Program-made: the position numbers and the translations under genes
Part shown: in pieces, positions 1 to 10,702 of the stretch
Numbering within the stretch: the stretch's first letter is position 1
How the letters are laid out: every line of letters starts with the position of its first letter
DNA from: a bacterium
GTDB taxonomy: Bacteria > SZUA-182 > DTGQ01 > JAFGSM01
Length of the DNA: 64,000 bases
Assembly: GCA_049472335.1 (NCBI GenBank)
Contig: JBLIRO010000006.1
Span: 22,874-86,873, forward strand
Direction: 5' to 3'
The notes under the pieces: model-generated
What the model was told of the DNA's origin: nothing
What the model saw: the letters and a program-made list of their open reading frames with translations, nothing else
Databases searched by the model: none

Positions 1-369
1 TCTGATAAGGTTTTGGGACGTCTTTCCACGCAAATTGCAAATATCTTGAGAGGCAAGAACAAGCCCATATTTACACCGCATGTGGACACCGGAGACTTCG
101 TGGTTGTTATAAACGCGGATAAGGTCAGGCTCACCGGAAGAAAATGGGAGCAAAAGACCTATTATCGGCATTCAGGTTATCCGGGGGGACTGAAGTCAAT
201 CACCGCAGGTAAAATAAGGGATAATAACCCTGTATTCCTTATCAAACATGCGGTTAGAGGAATGCTTCCCCATAACAAACTCGGTCGCAAGCAGATTAAG
301 AAGCTCAAGATCTTTGTAGGACCGGATCATAAACATGAGGCACAGTCTCCAAAGGTTTTGTCAATTTAA
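1..369 (+). CDS. rplM: 50S ribosomal protein L13 (5'-truncated by window edge)
   Basis: [53 protein letters not shown] motifs; frame is open from position 1. Confidence 0.98.
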   Translation, partial: SDKVLGRLSTQIANILRGKNKPIFTPHVDTGDFVVVINADKVRLTGRKWEQKTYYRHSGYPGGLKSITAGKIRDNNPVFLIKHAVRGMLPHNKLGRKQIKKLKIFVGPDHKHEAQSPKVLSI

Positions 370-431
370 ACTTCTTCCTGACGGATCAATAATATCGATA
401 CAGTCAAGGATCAGGAAAAAAGAGGAGCAGG

Positions 432-1037
432 ATGACAAATCAAAAACCCCGGTATAGAAGAAAAACCTATTTCATACAGAAGGTGTTTCAGGCTAAATTC
501 ATTCTTGCTTTTCTTCTTCTGGTGATTATAGGTAGTATCATATCGGGAATTATTTTATACACAAAGGCCAATACATATCTAGGTTATGAATATGGAAGGG
601 CCCACATAAAACTTGAAAAAACCGGAGAAATCCTTCAACCTGCCCTTTTTATTTCCTATGGAATCGGGGTTGTTTTGATCGGCTTTGCAACCATTATCCT
701 GACTATTTTTATATCCCATAAAATAGCCGGGCCTCTATATAGATTTGAACGCAGCGCGGAGGAGATTGGAAAGGGTAATCTAACCTTGATAACACAGCTC
801 AGGGAATCAGACCAGGCAAAGGACCTTGCCAATGCATTTAGCCGAATGACGAGTGATCTAAGAAAAAAGCTGCTCGAGATTGATTCCAGCTCTAAAGAGA
901 TCGATCAGATCGCAGAGGACCTGAACTCCGTGATTCAAGATAAAAGCCCAAATATAAATGAAATCAAAGACAAATTGAACAATCTAAAGCAAATGTCGAA
1001 TTCTTTGGTTAAAACTTTGAAATTTTTCAAGCTTTAG
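432..1037 (+). CDS. Two-TM membrane protein with HAMP domain and short coiled coil (truncated MCP-like)
   Basis: Two hydrophobic segments, then SHKIAGPLYRFERSAEEIGKGNL...LANAFSRM HAMP pattern; GAGGAG RBS. Confidence 0.8.
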   Translation: MTNQKPRYRRKTYFIQKVFQAKFILAFLLLVIIGSIISGIILYTKANTYLGYEYGRAHIKLEKTGEILQPALFISYGIGVVLIGFATIILTIFISHKIAGPLYRFERSAEEIGKGNLTLITQLRESDQAKDLANAFSRMTSDLRKKLLEIDSSSKEIDQIAEDLNSVIQDKSPNINEIKDKLNNLKQMSNSLVKTLKFFKL

Positions 1038-1053
1038 GAATTATGAGCCGAGA

Positions 1054-1545
1054 ATGGGTCTTAAATCCTGCTCAATTAAAGGACTAAGCTTTATAGTGGT
1101 AACAGTGTTATTGATCGCTATCATTACAATCGCTCAAAATACCACTAAAGATGGACATGATTTTATGAGTGATCCTAATAAATGCGAGGATTGTCACTTG
1201 GGAGAACCTGTATTTGAAGAGACGGACTATCGGGATCTCAGTTTCATCGACGATATTGTTACATTATGCCATAGGTGTCATACGGAAGAATCCCTCGGAA
1301 GATCGCATCCGGTCAATATTACACCACCGGATGACATGAGGATACCGGAGGATCTTCATCTGGATGAATATATGAATATGACTTGTGCAACATGCCATCA
1401 GCCCCATGGTGATGCTTATACAAGATTGAAACCAGCAGACTATGTATCACCTGCAAAAACATCCAGAGATCTGTTATATCGCTCTTATTATCTAAGACGA
1501 ACTAATATACAGAATGCCTTGTGTCATTCTTGTCATAATAAATAA
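1054..1545 (+). CDS. Exported tetraheme c-type cytochrome (c3/doubled-CXXCH type)
   Basis: N-terminal hydrophobic segment; four CxxCH motifs (CEDCH, CHRCH, CATCH, CHSCH); SHPV and CxTCHxPHG patterns. Confidence 0.9.
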   Translation: MGLKSCSIKGLSFIVVTVLLIAIITIAQNTTKDGHDFMSDPNKCEDCHLGEPVFEETDYRDLSFIDDIVTLCHRCHTEESLGRSHPVNITPPDDMRIPEDLHLDEYMNMTCATCHQPHGDAYTRLKPADYVSPAKTSRDLLYRSYYLRRTNIQNALCHSCHNK

Positions 1546-1602
1546 TGTATAATATTTTTTAACAAATACTGACCAATCAGAACAATAGATAAGGAGTATG
1601 GA

Positions 1603-1998
1603 ATGGTTCTAGAAACTGCTTTGTATGGGACAGGAAAGCGAAAATCCTCAGTGGCCCGTGTATGGATGAAGCCCGGATCAGGAAAGATCCTGGTAAACGG
1701 GCGAAGTCCTGAAGAATATTTCAAGATTAACAGATTGATTCACATGGTACACGAACCTCTGGAGCTAACAGGGACAATCTCTAATTTTGCTATAAACATA
1801 AATGTGAAGGGCGGAGGGGTGTCCGCTCAGGCAGGGGCTGTTCGTCACGGGATTGCCAGGGCTCTTTTGAATATGGATAAAAATCTTCGACTAAAACTTA
1901 AAAAAGCCGGCTTCTTGACCAGAGATCCAAGGGCTAAGGAAAGGAAAAAATATGGTCAAAGAGGCGCGCGTGCCAGATATCAGTTCTCAAAGAGATAA
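1603..1998 (+). CDS. rpsI: 30S ribosomal protein S9
   Basis: GKRKSSVARV, GGGVSAQAGAVRHGIARAL, C-terminal ERKKYG...YQFSKR. Confidence 0.99.
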   Translation: MVLETALYGTGKRKSSVARVWMKPGSGKILVNGRSPEEYFKINRLIHMVHEPLELTGTISNFAININVKGGGVSAQAGAVRHGIARALLNMDKNLRLKLKKAGFLTRDPRAKERKKYGQRGARARYQFSKR

Positions 1999-2015
1999 TA
2001 TCTAGGGCCCTTTCT

Positions 2016-3227
2016 GTGAAAATAATTGAAAAAGGTCCCCTTACTCTGGTGAGAGGCATAAATGCATCAGGTATCCATTGCGGGATAAAGTTAGGGGGAA
2101 AAAGGGATCTTGCCCTTATATACTCAGACACTCAGGCGACCGCCGCAGGGGTTTTTACTTCAAACATTGCTGTTGCCGCTCCTGTTATAGTATCCAGGGA
2201 AAATCTTCGAGGCAGTTATGCCCAGGCCATTGTTATTAATAGCGGAATCGCGAACGCTGCCACCGGAGAAAAGGGCATGAAAGACGCACTTCAAATGGCA
2301 AAGCTTACTGCTTCTGCCCTCAAAATATCATTGAATTCCGTTATAGTCGCATCCACAGGCCGTATAGGGCGATTTTTGCCCATGGAAAAAATCGCTCCCG
2401 GCATCGATAAGGCCGTCTCTTCTTTATCAAAAGATGGCGGGGAAGAAGCTGCCGAAGCAATCCTGACCACGGATACCTTTTCCAAGCAAATTGCCGTCCA
2501 GATTGAAATGGCCGGTTCACTTATAACCGTTGCAGGGATGGCCAAAGGGGCGGGTATGATCAGACCCGATATGGCCACCATGCTTGCCTTTTTGGCTACA
2601 GATGCTAATGTGAACAAAGACTTTTTAGGTAAGGTCCTGAAAGATGCAGTTAAAAAAACATTTAACAGGATCAGCGTGGATGGCGATACAAGCACAAATG
2701 ATATGGTAATCATACTGGCTAATGGCAACTCAGGGAGCGAGACGATCTCTTCCGCAGGGAGCGAAGATGCGGATAAATTTACCGAGGCTGTCGAATATAT
2801 ATGTCAGAGATTGTCACTTATGATTGTAAGCGACGGAGAGGGTGCTACGAAGCTGATTCGTATTGACGTTGTGGGCGCTCGATCAGAAACGGATGCAAGT
2901 AAGATTGCCTTCAGGATAGCTGAATCCCCGCTTGTTAAAACCTCTTTCTATGGTAAAAGATGTAACTGGGGGAGGTTAATAGCTGCTGCGGGAGCCGCAG
3001 ATGTCCCAATCGATCCCCAAAAAATCGATATATTTTACGGATCAATTCAGGTAGTCGGCAATGGAATCGGACTAGGCTCAGAAAGGGAAAAAGAGGCAGA
3101 AACCTTTCTCCTGGCAAGGGACATAAATATACGCCTGGATCTACATCTCGGGGAAGCGGCCGGAACGGTCTGGACAACAGACCTTTCCCCGGATTACATT
3201 CACATCAATGCTGATTATATTTCTTAG
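2016..3227 (+). CDS. argJ: Ornithine acetyltransferase/N-acetylglutamate synthase ArgJ
   Basis: AKGAGMIRPDMATML autoproteolysis motif, VDGDTSTND, DGEGATK. Confidence 0.97.
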   Translation: MKIIEKGPLTLVRGINASGIHCGIKLGGKRDLALIYSDTQATAAGVFTSNIAVAAPVIVSRENLRGSYAQAIVINSGIANAATGEKGMKDALQMAKLTASALKISLNSVIVASTGRIGRFLPMEKIAPGIDKAVSSLSKDGGEEAAEAILTTDTFSKQIAVQIEMAGSLITVAGMAKGAGMIRPDMATMLAFLATDANVNKDFLGKVLKDAVKKTFNRISVDGDTSTNDMVIILANGNSGSETISSAGSEDADKFTEAVEYICQRLSLMIVSDGEGATKLIRIDVVGARSETDASKIAFRIAESPLVKTSFYGKRCNWGRLIAAAGAADVPIDPQKIDIFYGSIQVVGNGIGLGSEREKEAETFLLARDINIRLDLHLGEAAGTVWTTDLSPDYIHINADYIS

Positions 3228-3239
3228 ACAATTCCAATC

Positions 3240-3268
3240 TTGCATGTGCTGACTTTTTGTGCTAAAAT
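3240..3268 (+). promoter_or_regulatory. Sigma70 promoter for rpsB-tsf
   Basis: TTGCAT-17 bp-TAAAAT with extended -10 (TGn). Confidence 0.7.
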
Positions 3269-3290
3269 TTTCAACGCTTTTAATCCATAA

Positions 3291-3385
3291 CTCACATCCA
3301 AAGAGTATGACCTGGGTGTTGGCAATGCCAATTGGTTTATTACATTCTTGGGTGGTGGAAAATTAACCCATTTTTCGGAGGAATT
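3291..3385 (+). ncRNA. rpsB leader (S2 autoregulatory, t44-like) cis-regulatory RNA
   Basis: CACATCCAAAGA can pair with TCTTGGGTGGTG; internal GGGT and downstream AACCC give the pseudoknot-like pairing of S2 leaders; lies between the promoter and the GGAGG RBS of rpsB. Confidence 0.65.
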
Positions 3386-3388
3386 TTT

Positions 3389-4234
3389 ATGTATAATGTT
3401 TCTATGAAGCAGTTGTTGGAAGCGGGGGTCCATTTTGGACATCAGGCCAAAAGATGGAACCCGAAAATGAAAAAGTATCTTTTCATAGAGAGAAACGGTA
3501 TTTTTATCATTGACTTACAAAAGACCTTGCGCAAGTTCAAGGAAGCATACAATTTTGTTAAAGATTCTTGTTCACAGGGAGGCAAAGTAATTTTCGTTGG
3601 GACCAAAAAACAGGCCCAGGAAGTAATACAGGAAGAAGCCATTAGATGTAATATGTCTTATGTCAATCAAAGATGGTTGGGCGGGATGCTTACAAACTTT
3701 GATACTATTCAGAAAAGCCTGGTCCGGCTTAAAAAAATAGAAGAATTAAAAAATAACGGAAATTATGCGGGACTGACTAAAAAGGAAGCCTCCAAGCTGG
3801 AGAAAAAAAGGCAAAAAATGGAAAAGGTATTAAAGGGCATTAAGGATATGGATAGACTTCCGGATGCAGTGTTTATTATTGACACCAAACGAGAAAGAAT
3901 AGCTGTAAATGAGGCGAACAAACTGGAAATACCTGTTATCGCCATAGTGGATACAAATGCTGATCCGGACGGAATAGATTTTCCCATTCCCGGCAATGAT
4001 GACGCAATCAGATCCCTTAAACTGATTACATCTCATATAGCAGATGCCATTATAGAAGGTTATGAAGAATGGCTGGCCAGACTTTCAGAAGTTGAGGAAG
4101 AAAAGAAAGAGGAAAAGCTAAAAGAAGAAAAGGTCTCTTCCTCAAAGGCGAAAAACAAAAAAAGGGTAAAAGCCAAAAACTCAGACTATGGTGATAAAAA
4201 GGTAGAAGCAGAGGGAAATAATAACGAAATTTGA
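3389..4234 (+). CDS. rpsB: 30S ribosomal protein S2
   Basis: [33 protein letters not shown]; start moved to ATG 3389 after GGAGG; charged C-terminal tail. Confidence 0.99.
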   Translation: MYNVSMKQLLEAGVHFGHQAKRWNPKMKKYLFIERNGIFIIDLQKTLRKFKEAYNFVKDSCSQGGKVIFVGTKKQAQEVIQEEAIRCNMSYVNQRWLGGMLTNFDTIQKSLVRLKKIEELKNNGNYAGLTKKEASKLEKKRQKMEKVLKGIKDMDRLPDAVFIIDTKRERIAVNEANKLEIPVIAIVDTNADPDGIDFPIPGNDDAIRSLKLITSHIADAIIEGYEEWLARLSEVEEEKKEEKLKEEKVSSSKAKNKKRVKAKNSDYGDKKVEAEGNNNEI

Positions 4235-4272
4235 TATTTTTTAGCATCTTAGAATAATAACTTAGAAAGGGA

Positions 4273-4884
4273 ATGAAAGTTATGGAGATATCAGCACAAG
4301 CGGTAAAGGATCTCCGGTCAAAGACAGGCGCAGGTTTTATGGAATGTAAACAGGCACTTAAGGAGACCGGGGGAGATTTCGAAAAAGCCATCGAATATCT
4401 GCGGAAAAAAGGTATTGCAACTGCTGCCAAAAAGGCGGGTCGGGAGACCTCACAAGGGCTGATTCATTCCTACATACATGGAAACGGCCGTATCGGAGTA
4501 CTTATTGAGATAAATTGTGAAACGGATTTTGTGGCTAGAACCGATAAATTCAAAGAACTTGCCAAGGATATGGCAATGCAGATAGCGGCCTTTAATCCCG
4601 TATACGTCAGCAGGGAAGATATCCCACAGGATATCATCGAAAAGGAAAAGGAAATTTACAGGTCCCAGGTTGAAGATGGCAAAAAGCCCGCGAATATTGT
4701 AGATAAAATTGTTACAGGAAAGCTGGAGAAGAATTTTTTTGAAAAGGTCTGTTTGCTCGAGCAACCCTTTATCCGTGATGACAAAAAATCGATCAAGGAT
4801 ATTATCACCGAAAACATAGCATCGCTTGGTGAGAATGTGAATATCAAGAGATTTGTACGTTTTGAATTGGGCGAAGATTTATGA
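4273..4884 (+). CDS. tsf: Elongation factor Ts (short form)
   Basis: [29 protein letters not shown]. Confidence 0.98.
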   Translation: MKVMEISAQAVKDLRSKTGAGFMECKQALKETGGDFEKAIEYLRKKGIATAAKKAGRETSQGLIHSYIHGNGRIGVLIEINCETDFVARTDKFKELAKDMAMQIAAFNPVYVSREDIPQDIIEKEKEIYRSQVEDGKKPANIVDKIVTGKLEKNFFEKVCLLEQPFIRDDKKSIKDIITENIASLGENVNIKRFVRFELGEDL

Positions 4885-5612
4885 GCTATGACAAGCCGAT
4901 TTATAAAAGGGTACTTTTAAAACTCAGCGGTGAAGCCCTGCAAGGAGAAAGAGGGTACGGCATAGAGTCCAAGACCGTTCTTTCCATTGCACAGGAAATC
5001 AAAGAAGTAAGAGACCTGGGTGTTGAAATAGCACTGGTTATCGGGGGTGGCAATATATACCGCGGCTCCTCCGGAGATGTTTGTTGTGTGGAAAAGACAT
5101 CAGCGGATTACATGGGTATGCTTGCCACTGTCATAAATGCCCTTGCTTTCCAGGGAGCATTGGAAAAATTAGGGGCCTTTACCAGGGTGCTGAGCGCTAT
5201 AGAGATGCCCAGGGTTGCGGAACAATACATCAGGCGCAGAGCGATTCGTCATATGGAAAAAGGAAGGATTGTTATTTTCGCAGGTGGGACCGGCAACCCA
5301 TATTTCACTACTGATACTGCCGCATCCCTTCGCGCCATAGAGATCTCTGCTGAAGTAATCTTAAAAGCCACTAAAGTGGACGGAATATACAGCACTGATC
5401 CGTTAAAGGATAAAAATGCCCAAAAATTCGATAAGCTTACTTATATGGATGTCATCAAAAAGCGTCTTCAGGTTATGGATAACACAGCTATATCTTTATG
5501 TATGGAAAATTTCCTTCCTATTATTGTTTTTAACTTTAAGAAAAAAGGAAATATTAAACGAATTGTTTGTGGTGAACCCATTGGCTCTTACATAAAGGAT
5601 GAGGAATCATGA
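4881..5612 (+). CDS. pyrH: UMP kinase
   Basis: [29 protein letters not shown]. Confidence 0.98.
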   Translation: MSYDKPIYKRVLLKLSGEALQGERGYGIESKTVLSIAQEIKEVRDLGVEIALVIGGGNIYRGSSGDVCCVEKTSADYMGMLATVINALAFQGALEKLGAFTRVLSAIEMPRVAEQYIRRRAIRHMEKGRIVIFAGGTGNPYFTTDTAASLRAIEISAEVILKATKVDGIYSTDPLKDKNAQKFDKLTYMDVIKKRLQVMDNTAISLCMENFLPIIVFNFKKKGNIKRIVCGEPIGSYIKDEES

Positions 5613-6166
5613 TCAAAACATTAAACAAAGAAACAAAAGAGAAAATGGATTTAGCTATCGATGCCCTCAGTCATGAGTTCGGGTCTATCAGGACTGGCAG
5701 GGCATCCCCTTCCATCCTGGATGGCATCAAGGTTGAGTATTATAGTTCCCTCACGCATCTTAACCAGATGGCGACTATTTCTGTCCCGGAACCCAGATTG
5801 ATTGTAATTCAGCCCTGGGATCCATCAGCGCTTGCCAATATTGAAAAGGCTATACTAAAATCCGATCTTGGTCTCAATCCCTCAAATGACGGCAAGGTAA
5901 TTCGTCTGGCAATTCCTATGCTGACAGAAGAGCGAAGAAAACAATTAGTAAAAGTCATCAAAAATATTGCAGAGGAGTGCCGGATTTCCATTAGAAATAC
6001 GCGCAGGGACAGCAATGAAAAACTCAAAAAAATGGAAAAAGAAAAGGATATAACTGAGGATGAATACCATAATGGTCTCAAGGAAATCCAGAATTTAACA
6101 GATGAATATATTAACAAGGTAGATGAATTGCTTTCAAAAAAGGAAAAAGAAATCCTGGAGGTATGA
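5609..6166 (+). CDS. frr: Ribosome recycling factor
   Basis: [28 protein letters not shown]. Confidence 0.98.
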   Translation: MIKTLNKETKEKMDLAIDALSHEFGSIRTGRASPSILDGIKVEYYSSLTHLNQMATISVPEPRLIVIQPWDPSALANIEKAILKSDLGLNPSNDGKVIRLAIPMLTEERRKQLVKVIKNIAEECRISIRNTRRDSNEKLKKMEKEKDITEDEYHNGLKEIQNLTDEYINKVDELLSKKEKEILEV

Positions 6167-6182
6167 TTTGACAGGGAGATAA

Positions 6183-7289
<1,107 letters not shown>

Positions 7290-7339
7290 TTCATTATGAA
7301 TATAATCTCATTGAATAATCCAATAGGGGGAAATAAAAA

Positions 7340-7708
7340 ATGATTTTATTAAATGTTGCCTTTGCTATGTCTTCGGGTGGAGCTCAGTCCGGCCAACAAC
7401 CCGGTGGAAGTTTTATGCCCGGTTTGCTAACACTAGGACTTATTTTTCTTGTTTTCTATTTTCTTTTGATACGACCGCAACAAAAACAACAGAAACAATT
7501 GCAGCAAATGCGTAACACCCTTCGCGCCGGAGACAGGATAATGACCTCGGGGGGAATATTTGGGACAATCGAGTCCATATCCCAGGACAGTGTAATGATC
7601 AAAGTCGCCGACAAGGTTAAAATAGAGGTGACAAAGAGTGCAATCGCCGGCCTCAGAGAGAGAAACGAAAGAGGCAAAAAAGCTCAAAAACAGGAAAAGA
7701 AAGCATAA
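7340..7708 (+). CDS. yajC: Preprotein translocase subunit YajC
   Basis: FYFLLIRPQQK, GDRIMTSGGIFG; tgt-yajC-secD-secF synteny. Confidence 0.96.
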   Translation: MILLNVAFAMSSGGAQSGQQPGGSFMPGLLTLGLIFLVFYFLLIRPQQKQQKQLQQMRNTLRAGDRIMTSGGIFGTIESISQDSVMIKVADKVKIEVTKSAIAGLRERNERGKKAQKQEKKA

Positions 7709-7748
7709 AAAATGTTTTAATAAATTTTAGATATAGAAAGGGGTCACA

Positions 7749-9338
7749 GTGAAAGATAATCTTAAATGGAGATTTTGGCTTATTGTTGTTATAAGTATTA
7801 TAGCCTTCATCTACATAATCCCATCCATGACCAGCAAACTTCCTTCATTATGGTCAAAAAAGATTGACAAGATCCATTTAGGACTTGATTTGCAGGGCGG
7901 AATGCATCTTATTTTAGGGGTAAAGGTAGAGAAGGCCGTTGAAAATTATTTGGAAAGAACAGTCAGCTCAATAAAGGATTCCATGAGGGAAAAGGGGATT
8001 GTTTTTGATCAGATAGAGCGAATCGATGACAGAAAAATAGATATTAAGCTCATCAATGATGAATTCATTACCCCGACTGAAAGGATCATGGAAGATTTCC
8101 TGAATTTTGAGATCGCGAATCCTGTGGACGGTGATAACACCAAGTTTCAACTATCCTTGAGGCCTCAGGAGGTTGAAAGGATAAAGACCTCGGCCCTCAA
8201 TCAGGCCCTGGAAACTATCCGTAACAGGATAGACCAGTTTGGTGTAAGCGAGCCTAGCATCCAGAAACAGGGTACAGACAGAATCGTTGTGGAACTCCCG
8301 GGCATAAAGGATACAAAAAGGGCCATTGCCCTTATCGGCAAAACCGCCCAACTGGAGTTCAAGCTTGTGGATGATGAGGCAAATATTGATGAGGCATTAA
8401 GGGGAAATATTCCACCAGGAGATGAGATCCTTTATGAAAAAGTCGTGGATCCGGACACCGGAAGGTTTACCAAAAAGCCTTATCTTTTAAAACAAAGGAC
8501 GCTAATGACAGGAGACGTGCTCACAAATGCAGAGGTGAGAATAGGTGGTGAGTACGGAGAATCCTATGTAGCGATGGAATTCGACAAAACAGGGGCAAAA
8601 CTCTTTGAACAGATTACTGCTGATAATGTAGGGCGTAGGCTTGCCATCATCCTTGACAAAAATGTGTATTCTGCGCCTGTCATCAGGGAAAAAATAGCCG
8701 GGGGACAAGCACAGATAACAGGAAGATTCACTACTGAAGAGGCCCACGATCTTGCAATAGTTCTTAGGGCCGGTTCTTTGCCGGCACCTGTGGAGATCCT
8801 TCACCAGCGGTCGGTTGGGCCTTCACTTGGACATGATTCGATCAGAAAGGGATTAATCTCCCTTTTGTTAGGTTTTTTTCTGGTTGTCGCATTTATGGTT
8901 GTTTATTATAAACTCTCGGGTTTTGTGGCTGACCTGGCACTTATACTGAACATCATCCTGATCATGGCTGTTTTATCATTATTCAAGGCCACCTTAACCC
9001 TCCCCGGGATAGCAGGTATAGTTCTTACAGTAGGTATGGCCGTAGATGCCAATGTCCTCATTTTTGAAAGGATCAGGGAAGAGCTTCTTCTTGGCAAAAC
9101 AGTGAGAGCCGCAATCAGTGCAGGCTATTCCAAAGCGTTCATAACCATCTTGGATGCAAATGTTACAACCCTTATTGCGGCAGTAGTCCTATTTCAATTC
9201 GGCACCGGACCTGTAAAAGGTTTTGCTGTCACACTGAGTATCGGTATTACTGCGAGCATGTTCACTGCCATCGTTGTGACGAGATTTGTGTTCGACTGGT
9301 TTATGTCCAGAGTGAGAATACAAACCTTAAGCATATAA
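7749..9338 (+). CDS. secD: Protein translocase subunit SecD
   Basis: LGLDLQGG, IRNRIDQFGVSEP, LTLPGIAG, GMAVDANVLIFERIREE. Confidence 0.98.
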   Translation: MKDNLKWRFWLIVVISIIAFIYIIPSMTSKLPSLWSKKIDKIHLGLDLQGGMHLILGVKVEKAVENYLERTVSSIKDSMREKGIVFDQIERIDDRKIDIKLINDEFITPTERIMEDFLNFEIANPVDGDNTKFQLSLRPQEVERIKTSALNQALETIRNRIDQFGVSEPSIQKQGTDRIVVELPGIKDTKRAIALIGKTAQLEFKLVDDEANIDEALRGNIPPGDEILYEKVVDPDTGRFTKKPYLLKQRTLMTGDVLTNAEVRIGGEYGESYVAMEFDKTGAKLFEQITADNVGRRLAIILDKNVYSAPVIREKIAGGQAQITGRFTTEEAHDLAIVLRAGSLPAPVEILHQRSVGPSLGHDSIRKGLISLLLGFFLVVAFMVVYYKLSGFVADLALILNIILIMAVLSLFKATLTLPGIAGIVLTVGMAVDANVLIFERIREELLLGKTVRAAISAGYSKAFITILDANVTTLIAAVVLFQFGTGPVKGFAVTLSIGITASMFTAIVVTRFVFDWFMSRVRIQTLSI

Positions 9339-9363
9339 ATAAGAATATAATTAGGAGGCACTG

Positions 9364-10473
9364 ATGCGTTTTTTTAAAGAAGAATTACATATAAATTTCA
9401 TGGGTGCCCGAAAATGGGCAATCCTTGTGTCACTGTTAGTTATCGCCATTGGGATTGTGTCTCTGATACTCAAGGGCGGCCCCAGATACGGGGTAGATTT
9501 TGCCGGAGGTACCCTGGTCCAGATAAAATTTCATATGCATGTTGATATAGATAAGATACGGGAGAGCTTAAAGGATCTTGATCTTGGAGAGCTGATGATC
9601 CAGCAATACGGTCTAAAATCAGAAAATGAAATACTCCTGAGGATGTCAAGCTCCACAACCTCCCTGGAAGGATTTGAAGATAGAATCAGCGACATGTTAA
9701 CAGAAAATATGGGAGCTGATACATTTGAGATTAGACGGGTGGAAATGGTTGGCCCGAAGGTGGGTAAAGACCTTCGGGAAAAGGGAATTTGGGCGATAGT
9801 TTTTGCCACATTATTGGTTTTGGTATATATTTGGTGGAGATTTGAATTCGTATATTCATTGGGTGCCATCCTGGCCTTGGTCCATGATGTTTTGGTAACT
9901 ATCGGCGCCTTTTCTCTTACCAACCGCGAATTTACATTACCGGTGATTGCCGCGCTTTTGACAATCATAGGTTACTCCCTCAATGATACCATTGTCGTTT
10001 ATGACCGAGTGAGGGACAATCTAAAGCTTCTAAGGAACCGTCCGCTTGAAGCAATCCTGAATACCAGCATTAATCAGACATTGAGCAGAACTATACTCAC
10101 ATCTTTGACGACATTTTTCGTGGTATTTTGCCTGTTTATTTTGGGCGGAGAAGTCATCAATGATTTTGCCTTCGCCCTGATAATAGGTGTTGTGGTAGGC
10201 ACTTATTCATCAATCTATATAGCAAGCCCAACAGCACTTTTCTTCCATAACCTGGCACCATCCGCGGCTTCCGATGGAAGGAGCAAGGCAAAAAGGGAAA
10301 TGAGCAGGGCAGCCAGTAATGTAGCGCCTGTTAATAAGGGCGGGGTGAGTAGAATGATGGAACAGCAAAAGCAAAGTGAAGCTGCTTCTTCCTCAAATTC
10401 AAAAGGACAAAGTACAAAAAAGACTTCAAAAAGCGGGACCGCTAAAAAGCGAAAAAAGAGCAAAAAGAGATAA
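9364..10473 (+). CDS. secF: Protein translocase subunit SecF with Ser/Lys-rich C-terminal tail
   Basis: GVDFAGG, GYSLNDTIVVYDRVR, GTYSSIYIA. Confidence 0.97.
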   Translation: MRFFKEELHINFMGARKWAILVSLLVIAIGIVSLILKGGPRYGVDFAGGTLVQIKFHMHVDIDKIRESLKDLDLGELMIQQYGLKSENEILLRMSSSTTSLEGFEDRISDMLTENMGADTFEIRRVEMVGPKVGKDLREKGIWAIVFATLLVLVYIWWRFEFVYSLGAILALVHDVLVTIGAFSLTNREFTLPVIAALLTIIGYSLNDTIVVYDRVRDNLKLLRNRPLEAILNTSINQTLSRTILTSLTTFFVVFCLFILGGEVINDFAFALIIGVVVGTYSSIYIASPTALFFHNLAPSAASDGRSKAKREMSRAASNVAPVNKGGVSRMMEQQKQSEAASSSNSKGQSTKKTSKSGTAKKRKKSKKR

Positions 10474-10476
10474 AGA

Positions 10477-10505
10477 AAGTGCCTAAAGTGTCAAGTTCCT
10501 ATAGT
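10477..10505 (+). repeat. AAGTGCCTAAAGT-type short intergenic repeat
   Basis: AAGTGCCTAAAGTGTCAAGTTCCTATAGT; 23/29 match to the reverse complement of 57639-57667; 13-mer core repeated at 45013-45025. Confidence 0.6.
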
Positions 10506-10587
10506 TATAATTATCTACGTTTAAATTTCTCCTAATTCCGACAGGTATGTTGGCAATGTAAAGTAAAAAAGAAAAGAATTAAAACAT

Positions 10588-10680
10588 AAAACGGGGACGT
10601 TGTTTACAAAGTTTATTTATTGCCTAAAATTCTATTGCTTCCGGATAATAAGTAAACTTTGTAAACAACGTCCCCGTTTT
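10588..10680. repeat. 34-bp inverted repeat (MITE/REP-like; probable bidirectional terminator)
   Basis: Arms 10588-10621 and 10647-10680 are 33/34 complementary around a 25-nt loop; lies between convergent genes. Confidence 0.85.
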
Positions 10681-10702
10681 TTCTCATTAGCGAACTATCT
10701 TT

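Noticed and set aside
3332..3388. N-terminal extension of RpsB from the ORF track
   Set aside because: Lies in the leader RNA; the GGAGG RBS supports ATG 3389
10250..10473. SecF Ser/Lys-rich tail as a novel domain
   Set aside because: Low-complexity disordered tails are common on SecF; nothing specific visible
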